Shown here in pieces: positions 1-50,900 of a stretch of DNA of 64,000 bases (positions within the stretch are counted from its first letter, which is position 1; every line of letters begins with the position of its first letter). The stretch spans positions 868,001-932,000 of the forward strand of contig NC_043024.1 of the NCBI RefSeq assembly GCF_006345805.1. Direction: 5' to 3'. The notes beneath the pieces are model-generated. The model made no database searches. It was not told where the DNA came from and worked only from the letters and a program-made list of their open reading frames with translations. The DNA is from Octopus sinensis (Eukaryota). The translations under genes and the position numbers were made by a program.

Positions 1-120
1 ACATCCGCATCCACCCCATGCAGGTCCCTCAGGTTCTTCGGCGGGATATTGAAGAGCTGTGGGCCTCGGAAGCCCAGGCTATCACAATATCTTGTCCTAC
101 ATCTTGATGGCAAATTTGAT
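1..120 (-). mobile_element. Non-LTR retrotransposon C-terminal fragment
   Basis: Translates RYCDSLGFRGPQLFNIPPKNLRDLHGVDADV, a GPxLFNxLP motif typical of LINE ORF2 ends; clade uncertain. Confidence 0.7.
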
Positions 121-379
121 GGCAATATATATATATCGCCAGTAAACCATAAATCCAAAAGAGAAGTAAACTCTAAGTTCTGGAGCAGTAAGAGTAATTA
201 GATAAAGATGGTTGTGGCTGGTCTATGGGGGTCACCCTGGGTTTCACCTGCATAAAGCACTTAACTTTACAGCGTTTCTTCATACTCTCTGAAACTGGAG
301 GAGGAAAAGACTTCATTACTCTTTTAACAACAAAGGATTGTCTCCCTTTGACAGCTATTCGTAATTGACCCTGTTAGCG

Positions 380-530
380 TGTCCCAGGATGCCACCAGGA
401 ATTTTCTAGAGTGCAAGCAGGGTCCAAAGACTTCTGTCCTGGGGTTAAGGATGTACCCCGGGTTGAGGGGGTCCTTTAATATCCTCGTCTGTTCAGCATT
501 TGGTTATGCATAGTTGCAGTTAACCCAGCA
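380..530 (-). mobile_element. Penelope-like element C-terminal (post GIY-YIG) fragment
   Basis: QLCIT..RILKDPLNPGYILNPRTEVFGPCLHSRKFLV resembles CxLC..LNxRxE...CxHxxKF; frameshifted. Confidence 0.6.
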
Positions 531-915
531 ATATCCAGTCCAAATACTTAGCTGTTTTATGCTCAAACTGGCCAGATCTGGCCTTTCACACCTACCCTAC
601 AATGTCATTCTAAAAATAAACAATCACATCTTCAAAATCTCAAAGCTGCAAGACCATGCAGGATTAATTTTATAAAATATGAATAATTAAGCCTTACATT
701 TGACAGAGGAATCGGAATGCCAAAGGATTAAAGGATTAATAGAAGGGGAAGGTGTGTTTGATAAATGAAAAATAACTTTGGACGGGATCATTTCTCACTC
801 TCTGTCCGTCTGTCTGTCTCCATACACATTCTCACTGCCTTAATACTTTGATGTATAATTTGGTTGTAATTGTTATTGTTGTCTATAGTTGGAGTGAATG
901 AGAAGAATGTCCTAC

Positions 916-38195
<37,280 letters not shown>

Positions 38196-38209
38196 GTTGC
38201 AACAGGCAA

Positions 38210-38800
38210 ACAGAGAGAGAGAGAAAGAGTGAGCGAGATAGAGAGGGAGGGAGAGAGTAAGAGAACGAGTGAGAGAAAGTGAGTGAGGGAGGGAGATAAG
38301 AGAAAGAGTCAGAGAACGAGTGAGAGCAAGAGAGAAAGAGGAGAAGGATTGAGAGAAAGAGAGAAAGAAAGAGGGAGGGCGATAAAGAAAGAGTCAGAGT
38401 ACGAGTGAGAGAAAGAGAGAAAGAAAAAGGGAAGGGGATAGAGAAAGAGAGAGGGAGGGAGATAAGAGAAAGAGATAGGAGAAAAATGGAGGGAGGGAAA
38501 GAGAGAGAAGAGAAAGTGATGGGGAGAGAGAGAGAGAGAGTGTTATTGAGTGAGTGAAGGCGCCGGCTACTGTGGTGGCAACTGGCTCTGAATGAGATTA
38601 TTTTGTGAGGATGGAAAGAATACGGAGGAAACCGAAAGCAAGAACAGCAGCAGTGGTTATGGAGAAAGTAAGCTATAACGTGTCATCGGCTACTGTGTTG
38701 AGGGTGTGCATGGAGGGGGGTGGAACTGGCTCCGAGTTTCGCAATCGTTGAGGCGTCAGGACGAGGTACAACAGAGACAAGTAAATATTCAGTGAAAGCA
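38210..38800 (-). promoter_or_regulatory. Probable DPY19 promoter/5' UTR: about 330-bp CT-rich (sense) tract plus a CpG-containing block
   Basis: Directly upstream of the ATG; GA low-complexity run 38210-38540, CpG-richer unique sequence 38560-38800; TSS cannot be determined. Confidence 0.5.
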
Positions 38801-38904
38801 CTGGAGCGTGGCCATAATTTCAGTCCTCGATCGAACAGGCATGCACCTTTGATGTGTTGTACTGCACCTGAGCACTATACGCAATAATTTCAGTATTCTT
38901 ATAA

Positions 38905-39247
38905 TTATTATTATTGAGTGAGAGAGTAGTGCATGCCCTCAAAGTGACACTGGGGTACAAATATACGAAGCCCAGTATACCCATCATGACAACCCGTCTG
39001 ATAAGGGTACACCGGGCACATGCATCACAACCCTATGTGCGCGATATGGTGATCTCTGACCTTCCAGGTGGGGCCCAGTTAGAATTTTCTTCTTGTCGAG
39101 TAACCCATCCCGCTCAAAAGGTCCCTGAATAAGGATTGGTTAAGGATGATGAACGAAACACCCATGTTTCCAGAGGTGAATTATTCAAACCCCAAAGAAT
39201 CCCTCTCAACACATGGCTATGGTGCTCCCCCACTACTTCTGCTCGTG
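38905..39247 (-). mobile_element. Second, 5'-truncated copy of the 10179-10784 retroposon
   Basis: Reverse-complement identity to 10420-10770. Confidence 0.85.
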
Positions 39248-39649
39248 TATGAGAGGTATTCCACCTTAAGGACACCACAAGCTCGCTATTTCTCCACCTC
39301 AAATAGTTCAAACCAGACAAATCCGATCTCTTACACCCATCCTATAATGACATGTTCAAAACAAACAATCCTTTCATCGAAGTCTCAAACCTGTGGAATA
39401 AGCCACGATCAATTCAAAACAACGTGAATACACAAGAATTGTATTTGACAAAGTAACCTGATGTTAAAGAACTTTCTGGAGCCGACTACATTATCAAGTG
39501 TTCTTTCCATTTTTATAAGACGGTAGTATAGGATTCGAGGAAGATTTAACTGCTATTTCTAGTAGAGGAAGACACTATGTGGAGAGTTTTTCTTTTCTTC
39601 TTGTGATTGCGCTTAGACAGCAAAATCGGCTGCTGTGGAGTGTGTTGAC

Positions 39650-40005
39650 AAAGCTCTTCGACCCCAGTGCGTAACTGGTACTTATTTAATCGACCCCGAA
39701 AGGATGAAAGGCAAAGTCGACCTCGGCGGAATTTGAACTCAGAACGTAGCGGCAGACGAAATACCTATTTCTATTTCTTTATTACCCACAAGGGGCTAAA
39801 CACAGAGGGAACAAACAAGGACAGACATAGGTATTAAGTCGATTACATCGACCCCAGTGCGTAACTGGTACTTAATTTATCGACCCCCGAAATGATGAAA
39901 GGCAAAGTCGACCTCGGCGGAATTTGAACTCAGAACGTAGCGGCAGACGAAATACCGCTAAGCCTTTCGCCCGGCGTGCTAACGGTTCTGCCAGCTCGCC
40001 GCCTT
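39650..40005 (-). mobile_element. SINE family B, two tandem partial copies
   Basis: GAGTTCAAATTCCGCCGAGGTCGACTTTGCCTTTCATCCTTTCGGGGTCGAT core twice; others at 19225-19460(-), 35128-35350(+) and many in 43400-55500. Confidence 0.85.
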
Positions 40006-41095
40006 AGCTAATAACTAATATACAATAAACAATATTTAATTATCCGATTTATTTTGTGTTTTAATTGTGATGGTAATTAGGAGAGTCCTTCAATAAGTAA
40101 GCAAAACAGCACAGCAAACAAGATTCGGCTGCTATGCGTTGGTTGTGCCGGCTCGGTCACTGGCTCCGACATTGAGTGCATGCATTAAACGGAATTAACC
40201 GAAGTCGAGTCGGAGGTGAACGGCGTCGGCGTTGTTGTGGTGATCGCTGGAACAAGCTGTTTCGACTGCTACAGTGAAATGGAGTCGAAGCGACAGAAGC
40301 GAGAACCGAGATGTCGTCGGTGGTGGTGGTGTTCAGCCCTAGGTCAGCCCTGATCGACACACACCTATGATCAAAGACATTCCAGCCGTGGACACCCTGC
40401 ATTTATCTATTTTGTTTTTCCCCCGATATGTAGTGAAAGCAGGACTTGCATTACTTAATGTGGGCGTGGATGATTTGAGGGAGAGTTAGCTGCTATTTCT
40501 AGCTACTCGAGTGACCTCGTAAAGGCTTCCTTGTTAACTCGATGTCGTAGCTGTAGATGATGATGATGATGATGATGGTGATGAAGTATTAGTAGTAGTA
40601 GAGAGAAGTGATCGCCGTGTGAACGGCTGACACATCTGCTGGCCACGTGTAAATGTGAATGGAAACTGGAGTTGGGGGGGGGGAGTAAGTATTGATAGAT
40701 GTGTGATCGATCGAAAATATATTGATAGGTATCTAGGTAAACAGATGCAGAGAAAAGGGAGAGAGGGAGGAAGAGAGAGAAACACATACAAATAGACAGA
40801 CAGACAGATAGATAGACAAATAGATAGATAGATAGATAGATAGACGGATAAAGAGATAGATAGATAGAAAGATAGATGGATAGAGAGATAGATAGATAGA
40901 CAAACAGATAGATAGATAGATAGATAGATGGATAGAGAGATAGATAGATAGATAGATAAATAGATAGAGATAGATAGATAGATAGATAGATAAATAAATA
41001 GAGATAGATAGATAGATAGAGATGGGCCATAGACAGCAGAGAGACAGGCGTTCAGATAAACACAGAAAGCTAAATAAATAGATTGACAGGCAAAT

Positions 41096-41137
<42 letters not shown>

Positions 41138-41339
41138 GAGAGAGTCGAAATACACAGATAAGCCTTGGGTTAAACAGTGTCACGACCAGCATAAGCCGAT
41201 TAGGGAGCCTCTATGTGGTCGCTCAACATGCTAGACACAACAGCCAAGCCTCTCTTTTTGAAAGCTGATTTTATTATATGAATATTTTTTTTGTGTCTGT
41301 CATTCTCTAGATCAGCCCTTAATTTGTTCAACTGATTTT

Positions 41340-41660
41340 ATGCCATTTTACCAATTTGAAGGGTCTTTGGTGTAACGTTATTCAATGGGGTGTATAACCA
41401 ATGCCATAATCTTAGAAAAACGTGATATCTCCAGGATCCAAATCACGCTGATGAGAATTCAGTGTGGATGGGTAGGAGATGGTGCTTTAATGAAAAATGG
41501 CTGCATTCTGAAAATTCTTCTGTATGGCCAACAAGTGGAGGGACATCGTGACAATGGAAGACCTCTCCTTGGGTATAAGGATAAGTTGAAGCAATCCCTA
41601 AAATCTCTACAGCTTAACCTGACATCTTGGAAAAGATCCGTGGAACAAGCTGCCTGACGA
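41340..41660 (+). mobile_element. RTE (BovB-like) LINE 3' fragment
   Basis: ITNAIILEK..WVG..KILLYGQ..GRPLLGYKDKLK (ORF 41385..41657). Confidence 0.85.
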
Positions 41661-42289
41661 GATGGTGAAGATGCCGACGACCGCTTTGTTCAAAGTCTCC
41701 CTTGACCTCAAGTGGCCTGAACTCTTTACATGAACACCACCCTGTAATAACTCCATGTCCCCCTACATGGCCTTGCTTTTTGCTTTTGAGCCAAAATTAA
41801 CTAACTAACTAAGTCATTGCCTAGATTGATCTGTGTGGTGTAAAATGTCTCATGATGCATCCAAACAATAGAAGAACCATATTCTACAATCAACAGACAC
41901 AAGTAAAATCTTCATTGTCCTCATTGCGACTTCATAGCAAAATCCATTCCTGGACTCAAATTACATGCATTCATCACAAACAGAATGCAGCTTCTTACTG
42001 TTTCTTCTCTTCTTTCTTTCTTTCACTCTCTTGAAGTCCTTCAAACATTTATATATTAAAACCGATGGGAGTGACCATCACATCGATAGCTCAGAGGCCA
42101 GGGAGTCTTTCCAAGTTGAGAAACTACGTACCACTGGCATGGTTGCTAAGTTCTGTGACACCAGCATTAGCCACATTGCCTCCGTGGGGCCCAATGCTCA
42201 AAAGGTGCTTTTTGCAGGCAACTGGTACATGACACCAACAACAGCCCCAACTATGATTTCACTTTGAGGGGTCTGCACAAACATGGAAT

Positions 42290-42452
42290 ATTGCCAAATA
42301 TCTTGGTTACCAGTCATTGTTTCCACGAAGCCCAACACTTGAAGATCATGCTTCACCACCTCACCCCATGTCTTCCTGGGTCTCCCTCATCCACAGCTTC
42401 CTTGCACTGGTAGAGATCGGAACTTCTTCACACAGCTGTCCGCATCCATTAC
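42290..42452 (-). mobile_element. RTE LINE 3' fragment
   Basis: GRPRKTWGEVVKHDLQVLG; same family as 1490-1630. Confidence 0.8.
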
Positions 42453-43306
42453 TTTGATTTCAATTAATTTTTAAAACAATTAAGATTTTAATGAGTAATT
42501 TTGTTATGGGTGCAGTCATAGCTCAGTGGTAAGAAGTTTGCTTCTCATCCACAAGGGTCCAGGTTCAGTCCCACTGCATGGCACCTTAGGCCAACCAAAG
42601 CCTTGTGAATGGATTTGGTAGACAGAAACTGAAAGACGCCCATCATTAAATGTGTGTCTTTGTGTCTCCGTTCCTCATTACCACTATCAAACCAGTGTTG
42701 GTATATTTACAACCCCACAACTTAGCAGTTAGGCAAAAGAGACTGATAGAATAGGTACCAGGCTTTAAAAAATGTACTAGAGTTGATCCATCTGACTAAC
42801 ATTCTTCAAAGTAGTGCCCCAGGATGGCCACAGTCTAACGACTGAAACAAGTAAAAGATAAAAGATACAACAACAACAACAACAAAAAAAACAGAACCCC
42901 ACCAAGAAATTGTTATTTTTGAAAACTTTTTATTTAAATTTTAATATACAGTTGTTTTTTTTAAAAGATTCATTTTTGCTTCAATTATTTAAATCCTTGA
43001 TACAGTTTTATTCTCTTTCTCTCTTTGGACTCTTCATTTGATCTGTTATAGATTATCATCAGGGTCTTGTCAGGAGTGGGGGGTAGTGGTAGAGAAATCA
43101 GTACCAAATTGTTCCATAAACTTGTAGAAAGTAGGGCAGGAAGGAAGAAAGAGAGTAGGGGGGGAAAGATGGGGAGCAAGAAGAATAGGGGGGTCAAGGG
43201 GAAGAAACAAAAAAAAAGAAAGAAAGAAAGAAAATTACATCGAGCCTGATATGGGGGGGGGGCAGTGTTGAGGTCAGAAGTGTTCAAACAAAACAACAGC
43301 AGCAAT

Positions 43307-43338
<32 letters not shown>

Positions 43339-45539
43339 GAAAAAAAATATCAGCAGCTTCCTTTTTGATACATTTATAGGAAAGGATAAAAAAAAAAAAA
43401 AAAAAAAAACGGCATCAGTGGGAATTGAACTCAGAATATAAAGGAATGCAATGATAACCAGCAAAGCATTTTGTTTGATACACTTGTTTCTGTCACTCCA
43501 CCACCTTTAATAGATATCGTAATAATAATAATAATAATAATAATTTTAATGGTCATTTGCATAACACTGGCACAAAGCCACAGAGAAAGTGTATTATCAA
43601 TTGATTAAACTCGGTAATAATGGAACATGCCTCTAACCTTAAGCACACTGTAGGTGCAGCATGTTGCTGTACAAGTTTTCTCCCCTTTCGGTAGTGACAC
43701 AATGCACCTGCAGCTACAGGGGAGAGAACTCATACAGCGACATGACTCGCCTTCAGTATGCTAAAGGTTAATTTTATCAACTCTGGAGCAATGAATAGCC
43801 AAGTCGAACCCAGCAGGATTTGAAACCAGAAAGTAAAAGAAGAGAACTAAATAAAAACATTGTGTTTGGCACCAGCAGCTCCGTCGCTCCACCGCTTCCC
43901 TTAGTTATGATAAGAATTTTCTTTTTTTACATAGGCACAAGGAATAATGTGGGGAGAGGAACAATCAATTAAATTGACTCCCTATACGTGACTGGTATTT
44001 ACTTTATTGACACCAGAAAGAATAAAAAGGCAAAGTTGACCTCAGCAGGATTTGAACTCACAATAGAAAGGAACGTAACCAAAATACCCAAAGGGATTTA
44101 GTCTGTCCTATATCACTCCTACTCCCTCTACTGGCCTTATAATAATGGTTCCACATTTTGGCACAAGGCCAGCAACAGAGGGAGCAGGGTAGTCGATTAC
44201 ATCAACCCCAGTATGTGACCGGTACTTAATTTTATCGAACCCAAAAGGATGAAAGGTAAAGTTGGCCTTGGCGGTATCTGAACTCAGAACATAAAGGGCC
44301 AGAAGAAATGGCACCCAACATTTTGTCCAGCATGCTAATAATTTCACCCGCTCACCACCTTAATAACAAATTCGTTACGTGGGATGGTCATGGGACAGCA
44401 ATAAAAAAACAAAAAAAAACAGCAACAACACACATTCAGACACTGAACACAAAAACACACATGGGGCACAATATTGGTTTCAAATTTTGACACAAAGCCA
44501 GAAATTTCGAGGGATGGGGTCAGTCACTTACATTATTGACCCCAGTGATGGGGGATGTGAACTTTGAAAGGAAAAAAAAAAAAAAAAAAAGACCAAGTTG
44601 ACCCTGGCGGGATTTGAACTCAGAATGTAAAGATGGACGAAATGCTGCCTAAGCATTTTGCCCAAACCATTCTACCAGCTTGCCTCCTTTCAAATGTCTA
44701 TACTTCAACATGCTTGAATATCAGGTAAGGTTTTCTTTACATGAAAACTGAACCCCTAGAAAAAAACAAAAATCTGATATTTCATACTTTTGGAAAGTTT
44801 CAAATAACAAATCGTTTCTTTTTTTATATCATTGAGGAGTTACAAAAACAATCCTGGGATAATTTGACAAAATATACTGGAGAAAATAGAGTGGAACCCT
44901 ATACTCTAAGCTATCTTATATTCAAGCATACACCATCATGTATGTATATGTGTGTGTATATATGATGCTGGAAAAATATCCAATAATTTATAGTGAGAGG
45001 AGCAGAACTAACACCAAAAGAAACCTTTATCACCAACATAACTTGAGTGTTGTGTTAGAACCCAGAATACTGCATTATTTATCTCGAGGGAACTTCTCAT
45101 CTGGACTCCTATTTATATTGACAGAGGAGAACCATCTGCTATGGCTGGCAGAACTGCCTGATCAAGTGATTCTGCCCGGTTTTGGCGTTGTCAGTGATAG
45201 ACCTCCAGTCAAGACATAACAGCCAAATCTCCTGTCAATGATAATATGCAGAGAGTATCAATGTCTATTCAGGCACTGGTGTTGCTAATGGTCAGTGGGA
45301 TTATTGAAGAAAGAATAGCAACAGAAGCAGCGTTAACGCCAAAAGGAATCATAAGAGATTACAAGAGAATTACAATAATTTGACAAAAACAAAGACAGAC
45401 AGACAGACAGATGTTAGCACTTGGTAAGTATTGATTGGGGGGAGGAAGAGGAGAAATTAAATAAGTATTGTCATCCTCCCTCTTGCAATGAAGAAGGAAT
45501 TATGTCAGCAGGGGCCAAATCAGTTTCCAAAGGCAAAGC

Positions 45540-45550
45540 AAAATAAATAC

Positions 45551-45584
<34 letters not shown>

Positions 45585-45918
45585 GTATATAGATGTGTGC
45601 ACACTCATAGACAAGTATGTGTATTTCTGTGATTGAAACTATGGTCTCTCAACACAACATACAACAAACCTGTATGTATGAGTGTGTATGTATGATTACA
45701 TATACATACACACACATATATAGACATACATACATACATATATACATACATATATATATATGCATATACACATACATATGCATATACACATATATATACA
45801 CATACATATACATATACACATATATATACACATACATATACATATATATAAATACAAAAACATACATATATTTACATATACATACACATATATATACACA
45901 TACATATTTATACAATAC

Positions 45919-45955
<37 letters not shown>

Positions 45956-46021
45956 TATATACACACGCACATATATATATACACATGCACATATACACAC
46001 ACACATATATATATATACACG

Positions 46022-46067
<46 letters not shown>

Positions 46068-46270
46068 CATATATATACATACAGACACATATATATATAT
46101 ACAAAAACACACACATATATATAATATATTTAAATATATACACACACACAATTTTTGCATGTGTGCATATGCATACAAACATATACATACATACATTCAT
46201 ATACATCAGTGTTTCTCATAAGAAAGTCTGTACAGTTTGAAAAGAAATAAAAACCGTTTATATATATATA
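45540..46270. repeat. Compound (TA)/(CA) microsatellite, about 700 bp
   Basis: Direct reading; produces several spurious ORFs. Confidence 0.95.
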
Positions 46271-46377
46271 TATATCATTGCATGTTCCTTTGCTTCTTGT
46301 TATGAATACGCATACACAAATACCCAAACGTAACATTAATGAGAATACACACACACACACACACAGTATATTTAGTG

Positions 46378-46412
<35 letters not shown>

Positions 46413-46929
46413 TCTGTTTTTATCTGAAACACAATTGAAAATGCCAGCCCTGCCCCCTATTTCCTGTGAAATTCGATGCCTAACCCAACCCAATATGAGC
46501 TTAAACTGTGACAATCTCAAACACAGGAACACATCAGGAATATCAGCTGTGACAAAGGCACTTTCAGTATTAATCTATGTATTGTTCTCATAGTCTCACA
46601 CACAATGATTTACAGTTGGCTACGAGGACCCTAATCTTAATGACCTTTATTAAATAAATGGTTGAGCTACAAAGGAGTTACTGTCTGGTCACTTGACTTG
46701 CAAGAAACATCAGTGAAATCCTTTTTAAAAAAAAAAGGGGACATATTTGAAAAATGTGATTTTAAACATAAAATCCCTAAAACTGAAAAGACAGGATGGT
46801 CAATTTGGAAAGGCCTTTTGATGTTAAGTTTACTTGGGTCAGAACAATAATGCCCATGTAGGGTTACTAAACTTCAAATAAAAACAAAAGCCTGAGGAAC
46901 TGGCAGTGGTATGTGTTGGCCAAAATTCT

Positions 46930-47149
46930 TTAGCCCTTTCCGTGTCCTATACATCACATGTGATGCACAGGACATATTCCCTGGGTCTCCGTGCATCGTA
47001 TATGACAAGCATTCCTAATTATTTTTTAACCACCAAGTGACTTGGGACTTAACGAAGGAGAACTTTATATTACTCAGAATGTATGAAATGAGGGCCAACT
47101 AAAAGTCTGGAAACACGTGTAAGAATGCCCTGGACAGGCAAAGGGTGAA
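46930..47149. mobile_element. Third piggyBac-like MITE
   Basis: Imperfect TIRs CCCTTTCCGTGTCC / GGACAGGCAAAGGG with degenerate TTAA flanks. Confidence 0.5.
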
Positions 47150-47894
47150 TAAAAGCTCACAAATTCAAATAAATTTGCAAAACAATGGGTGGGGAGAGAA
47201 ACCTGAGTACTAATGCATCATATGCAACCATTCTGCAGAGAGAAGAAATTTGAACTGTTTTGGATAGCAGTGAGTAAATGGGTTTGCTAGAAACAACAGC
47301 ACTCATGTTTCTAAATACAATACAAATGTATCAAAATAAGTGAACTCAGAAACTAATTGGCGAACAGAAGGTAGAGTTATACACACACACACACACACAC
47401 ACACATTCAGTGTTGACTGTCAAGAGAAACAGTACTTGCCCAAGGGATATGTCTATGATAAGATTTGATCCCTGCACCCCTGACAGGCATACACTAACAT
47501 TTCTGGCCTTGGATCAAAATTTGAAACTCTGATGACAATGATTTCTGTCCTGTCATATTGACCCCAGTAGTCAACTGGTATCTATTTTATTGACCTTAAA
47601 AAATACGAGAGGCAAAGTTGACCTTGGCAGCATTAAACAGCCAGAAGGAATACTGATGTGCTAACGATTCCTTAATGACAACAATAACGATCCTTTCTGC
47701 TAAAGGCAGAAGGATTGAAATTTTGAGGGAGGAGACTAGTTGATTACATTGACCCGTGTTTCACTGGTCCTTAATTTATTGATCCTGAAAGGATGAAAGG
47801 CAAAGTCAACCTCAGTTGAATTTGAACTCATGATCTAAATACTACTCACTGAGTATTTTGCCCAGTGTGCTAATGATTCTGCCAGCTCACCACC

Positions 47895-47944
<50 letters not shown>

Positions 47945-50900
47945 CTTTTCTATTATAAGCAGAAGGCCTGAAAATGGTTGTTGGGGAAGTAGTTGACTAC
48001 ATCAACCCCAGTGGCCAACTGGTACTCATTTGATCAACTTCTGAAAGCATGGAAAGCAAAGTCGACCTCAGCAGGATTTGAACTCAGAATGTAAAACTGG
48101 GCGAAATGCCTCTAAGCATTTCGCCCAGCGTGGTAAAGATTCTGCCAGCTCACCACACTATATGATAATAATAATAAGAAGAAGAACAACACCAACAAGA
48201 ACAATCTGAGAAGAATTCAAGAAAGACCAGTAAACTTGCAATAAAGAATGGCACAATTTTTTCTAAACTATTTTTTTTTTCTCTTATCAAAGAAGTTTTG
48301 GACATTGATATGAAGATGGCAAGATACTCAAAGAGCAAGGAAGTAAAAATAGTTGACAGCAGTAGTTTTTCGTAATTAATGAGGGATTCGAAGAGAGAGA
48401 GATGATTAAATCAAACACTTTTGTTTCATAATTAAAAAAAATAGACGATACAAAAATATTACTGTTGTTATTTATTTTTTGTAAGAAAATAACGAGGTCT
48501 CTATTCTCTACCAAATAATTTCTTTCACAACCACTCATTCCTCTCTTGACATTATGTGTGTGCGTCTGTGTGTGTATGATATAAGGGACCATTCAACTGG
48601 GGGTAGGCCAGGTTATGATAGCCTATGTAGGACTCCAAGCTCATCGTCAGCAGTTGTACATGTAAGCGTACACACAGGATATAGGTGATATGTGTGTGTG
48701 TACGTACAAAACCACATCTACTTGAATCTGAGGCTTCTCTGCCCCTGTTTTGAGTTCCCTGTTCATCGTCCCACAAGGGGATTCGAAGAATACGATCGGA
48801 ACTGTGTAGCAACACGCGAGATAAAAACCGTTTCAAATTTTCATCCAGGGCCAGTAATTTCAGGGGAGGGTGGGGTGTGGGGACGTCATCGGTTACTGTT
48901 GAACCCCAGCGCATGACTGGCACTTTATTATACTGATCCCACCCCCCAACCAAAAGGATGGAAAACAAAGTTGACCTCGGCGGGATTTGAACTCAGAATG
49001 TTAAGAGCCAGACACAAATGCTGTAAAATCATTTGTTCTGATGCTCCAGTGAGGGAGACTGAGTGATGATAGCTGTGATGATGATGATGATAATAATAAT
49101 AATAATGGGGAGACTGATGAATGACTGATGATCGGGGGATTGATTAATGACTGATGATCAGAAGGAGTTGAGTAATGATGGAATGAAGCTTGTTTTGAAT
49201 AAATGTATCAACTCTAAATTATACAGAATTCTTGTCTACTTGTTGGTACATCCCTTACAGGTTTATACATACATGCAGGTACATATACACACACAAACAT
49301 ACATCCACATATATACACACACACATACAGGCTAATATTGCATGAAACCGTTGGTAGCCCTGTTAACCCACATATAAAAAAAAAGTATATATATATGCAT
49401 ACACACACACATCCTTTCTACTATTGGCACAAGGCCAGAAATTTTGGGGAGGGGGTGAAGCAGGGGACTAGTCAATTACATTGCCCCACCCCCTCAACTT
49501 GTGCCTATTTTATCGACCCCCACCCCGTCCTAGAGAATGTAAGGAAAAGTTGACCTCAGCAGCATTTGAACTCAGAATGTAGAATTGGAAGAAATATGCC
49601 GAGCATTTTCCCAGCATGCTAACCATTCTGCCACCTCATACCACACACACACACACACACACACGTTGTTAATGTGTGTACTGGTGGATGGATGGATGGT
49701 TGAGTGACTAGGGTACTAAATAACCAACTGAAAAGACAGCAGTCTGTGTCCCCCCCCCCCACCATCAGCAGTGTGTTTCAACGACCAAGACATCTGATGC
49801 ACAATAGACCAGTCCACTCAGCTGTAAATAGGGGTGTTCACACCTACAAGCAATAAGAGTATTGTAAATACTGGGAAAATGTTTGTTAGCTCACACAACT
49901 AAAATGGACTCTTCCTACTTATTATTGGAGAAGAGAATTATCTTCCGGAAGGAGCGACAGGGCTTGGGTCTGGGGATGATTGTCCTACTTGCTAGAAATA
50001 ACAGCTAAATCTCCCTCAAATCACATCCTACCATTTTGAAAACACAAAGCACATATTGAATAATGTAGTCTTTGAGACTTCAAAAATGACAGGATGGTCA
50101 TGTGTGGAATGCTTTTGATTATAGTACTCTTTAATGAGAGAGCAACAAGATATTATCCTGAAGCACTGAGTATCCACTGCACCAATCGTGGAGAAGGAAA
50201 CGGTGAGACACAGACATGGCTGATGGCTTTTAGAACAAAACACCTGTTTTTATTTCGACTGTGTAACCATGGCAACCGCACTGGAACCGTTTTGTTTCTT
50301 TCAATAAATTTGGAAAAGAGTGAAGAATTCAGGAAAAATAATTGTTTTCATAATTAAGCTGATATTTGGAACATAAATTAAGGGGACATTTTGATGGAAG
50401 TTTGCATCATAGAACTAGGGTTGGGGTTAGGTGGGTTGGTATCAAAAGGGTCAACGCTTTTGTTACCAAATTCCCTGCATTTATTTCAGTAAATTTTGGA
50501 AATTACGAAGAATTCAGTAAAATAACTTTCTTCTTTTTATGTTTAGATTTTTGTTTTGCTTCATGATTGATGTATGTAGCTTTGTTTCAGTCATTAGACT
50601 GTGGCCATGCTAGGGCACCACCTTGAAGAATTTCCTTTTAATCAAATCGACTGACCCCAGGACTTGTGCCATGCAGTGGGACTGAACCTGGAACCATGTG
50701 TATGAGAAGCAAGCTTCTTACCACACAGCCATACTTGTGCCTTTCATTAGCTAAAACCTAAAACTTTTAATTTTAATAATAAAATGACTTATGGGTGGAT
50801 ATATATATCACACCAGGTACACACACACACACACACATACATAATGGGCTTCCATACAGTTTCCATCTACTAAGCACTGAAATGGACCTTGGCATCCTGC

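Noticed and set aside
45617-46240. Several 150-200 aa ORFs
   Set aside because: Produced by (TA)/(CA) microsatellite lacking stops
48595-48660. Minus-strand CTGACGA with CAACTG/CAGTTG pairing
   Set aside because: No GAAA core segment and no UH cleavage site next to stem I
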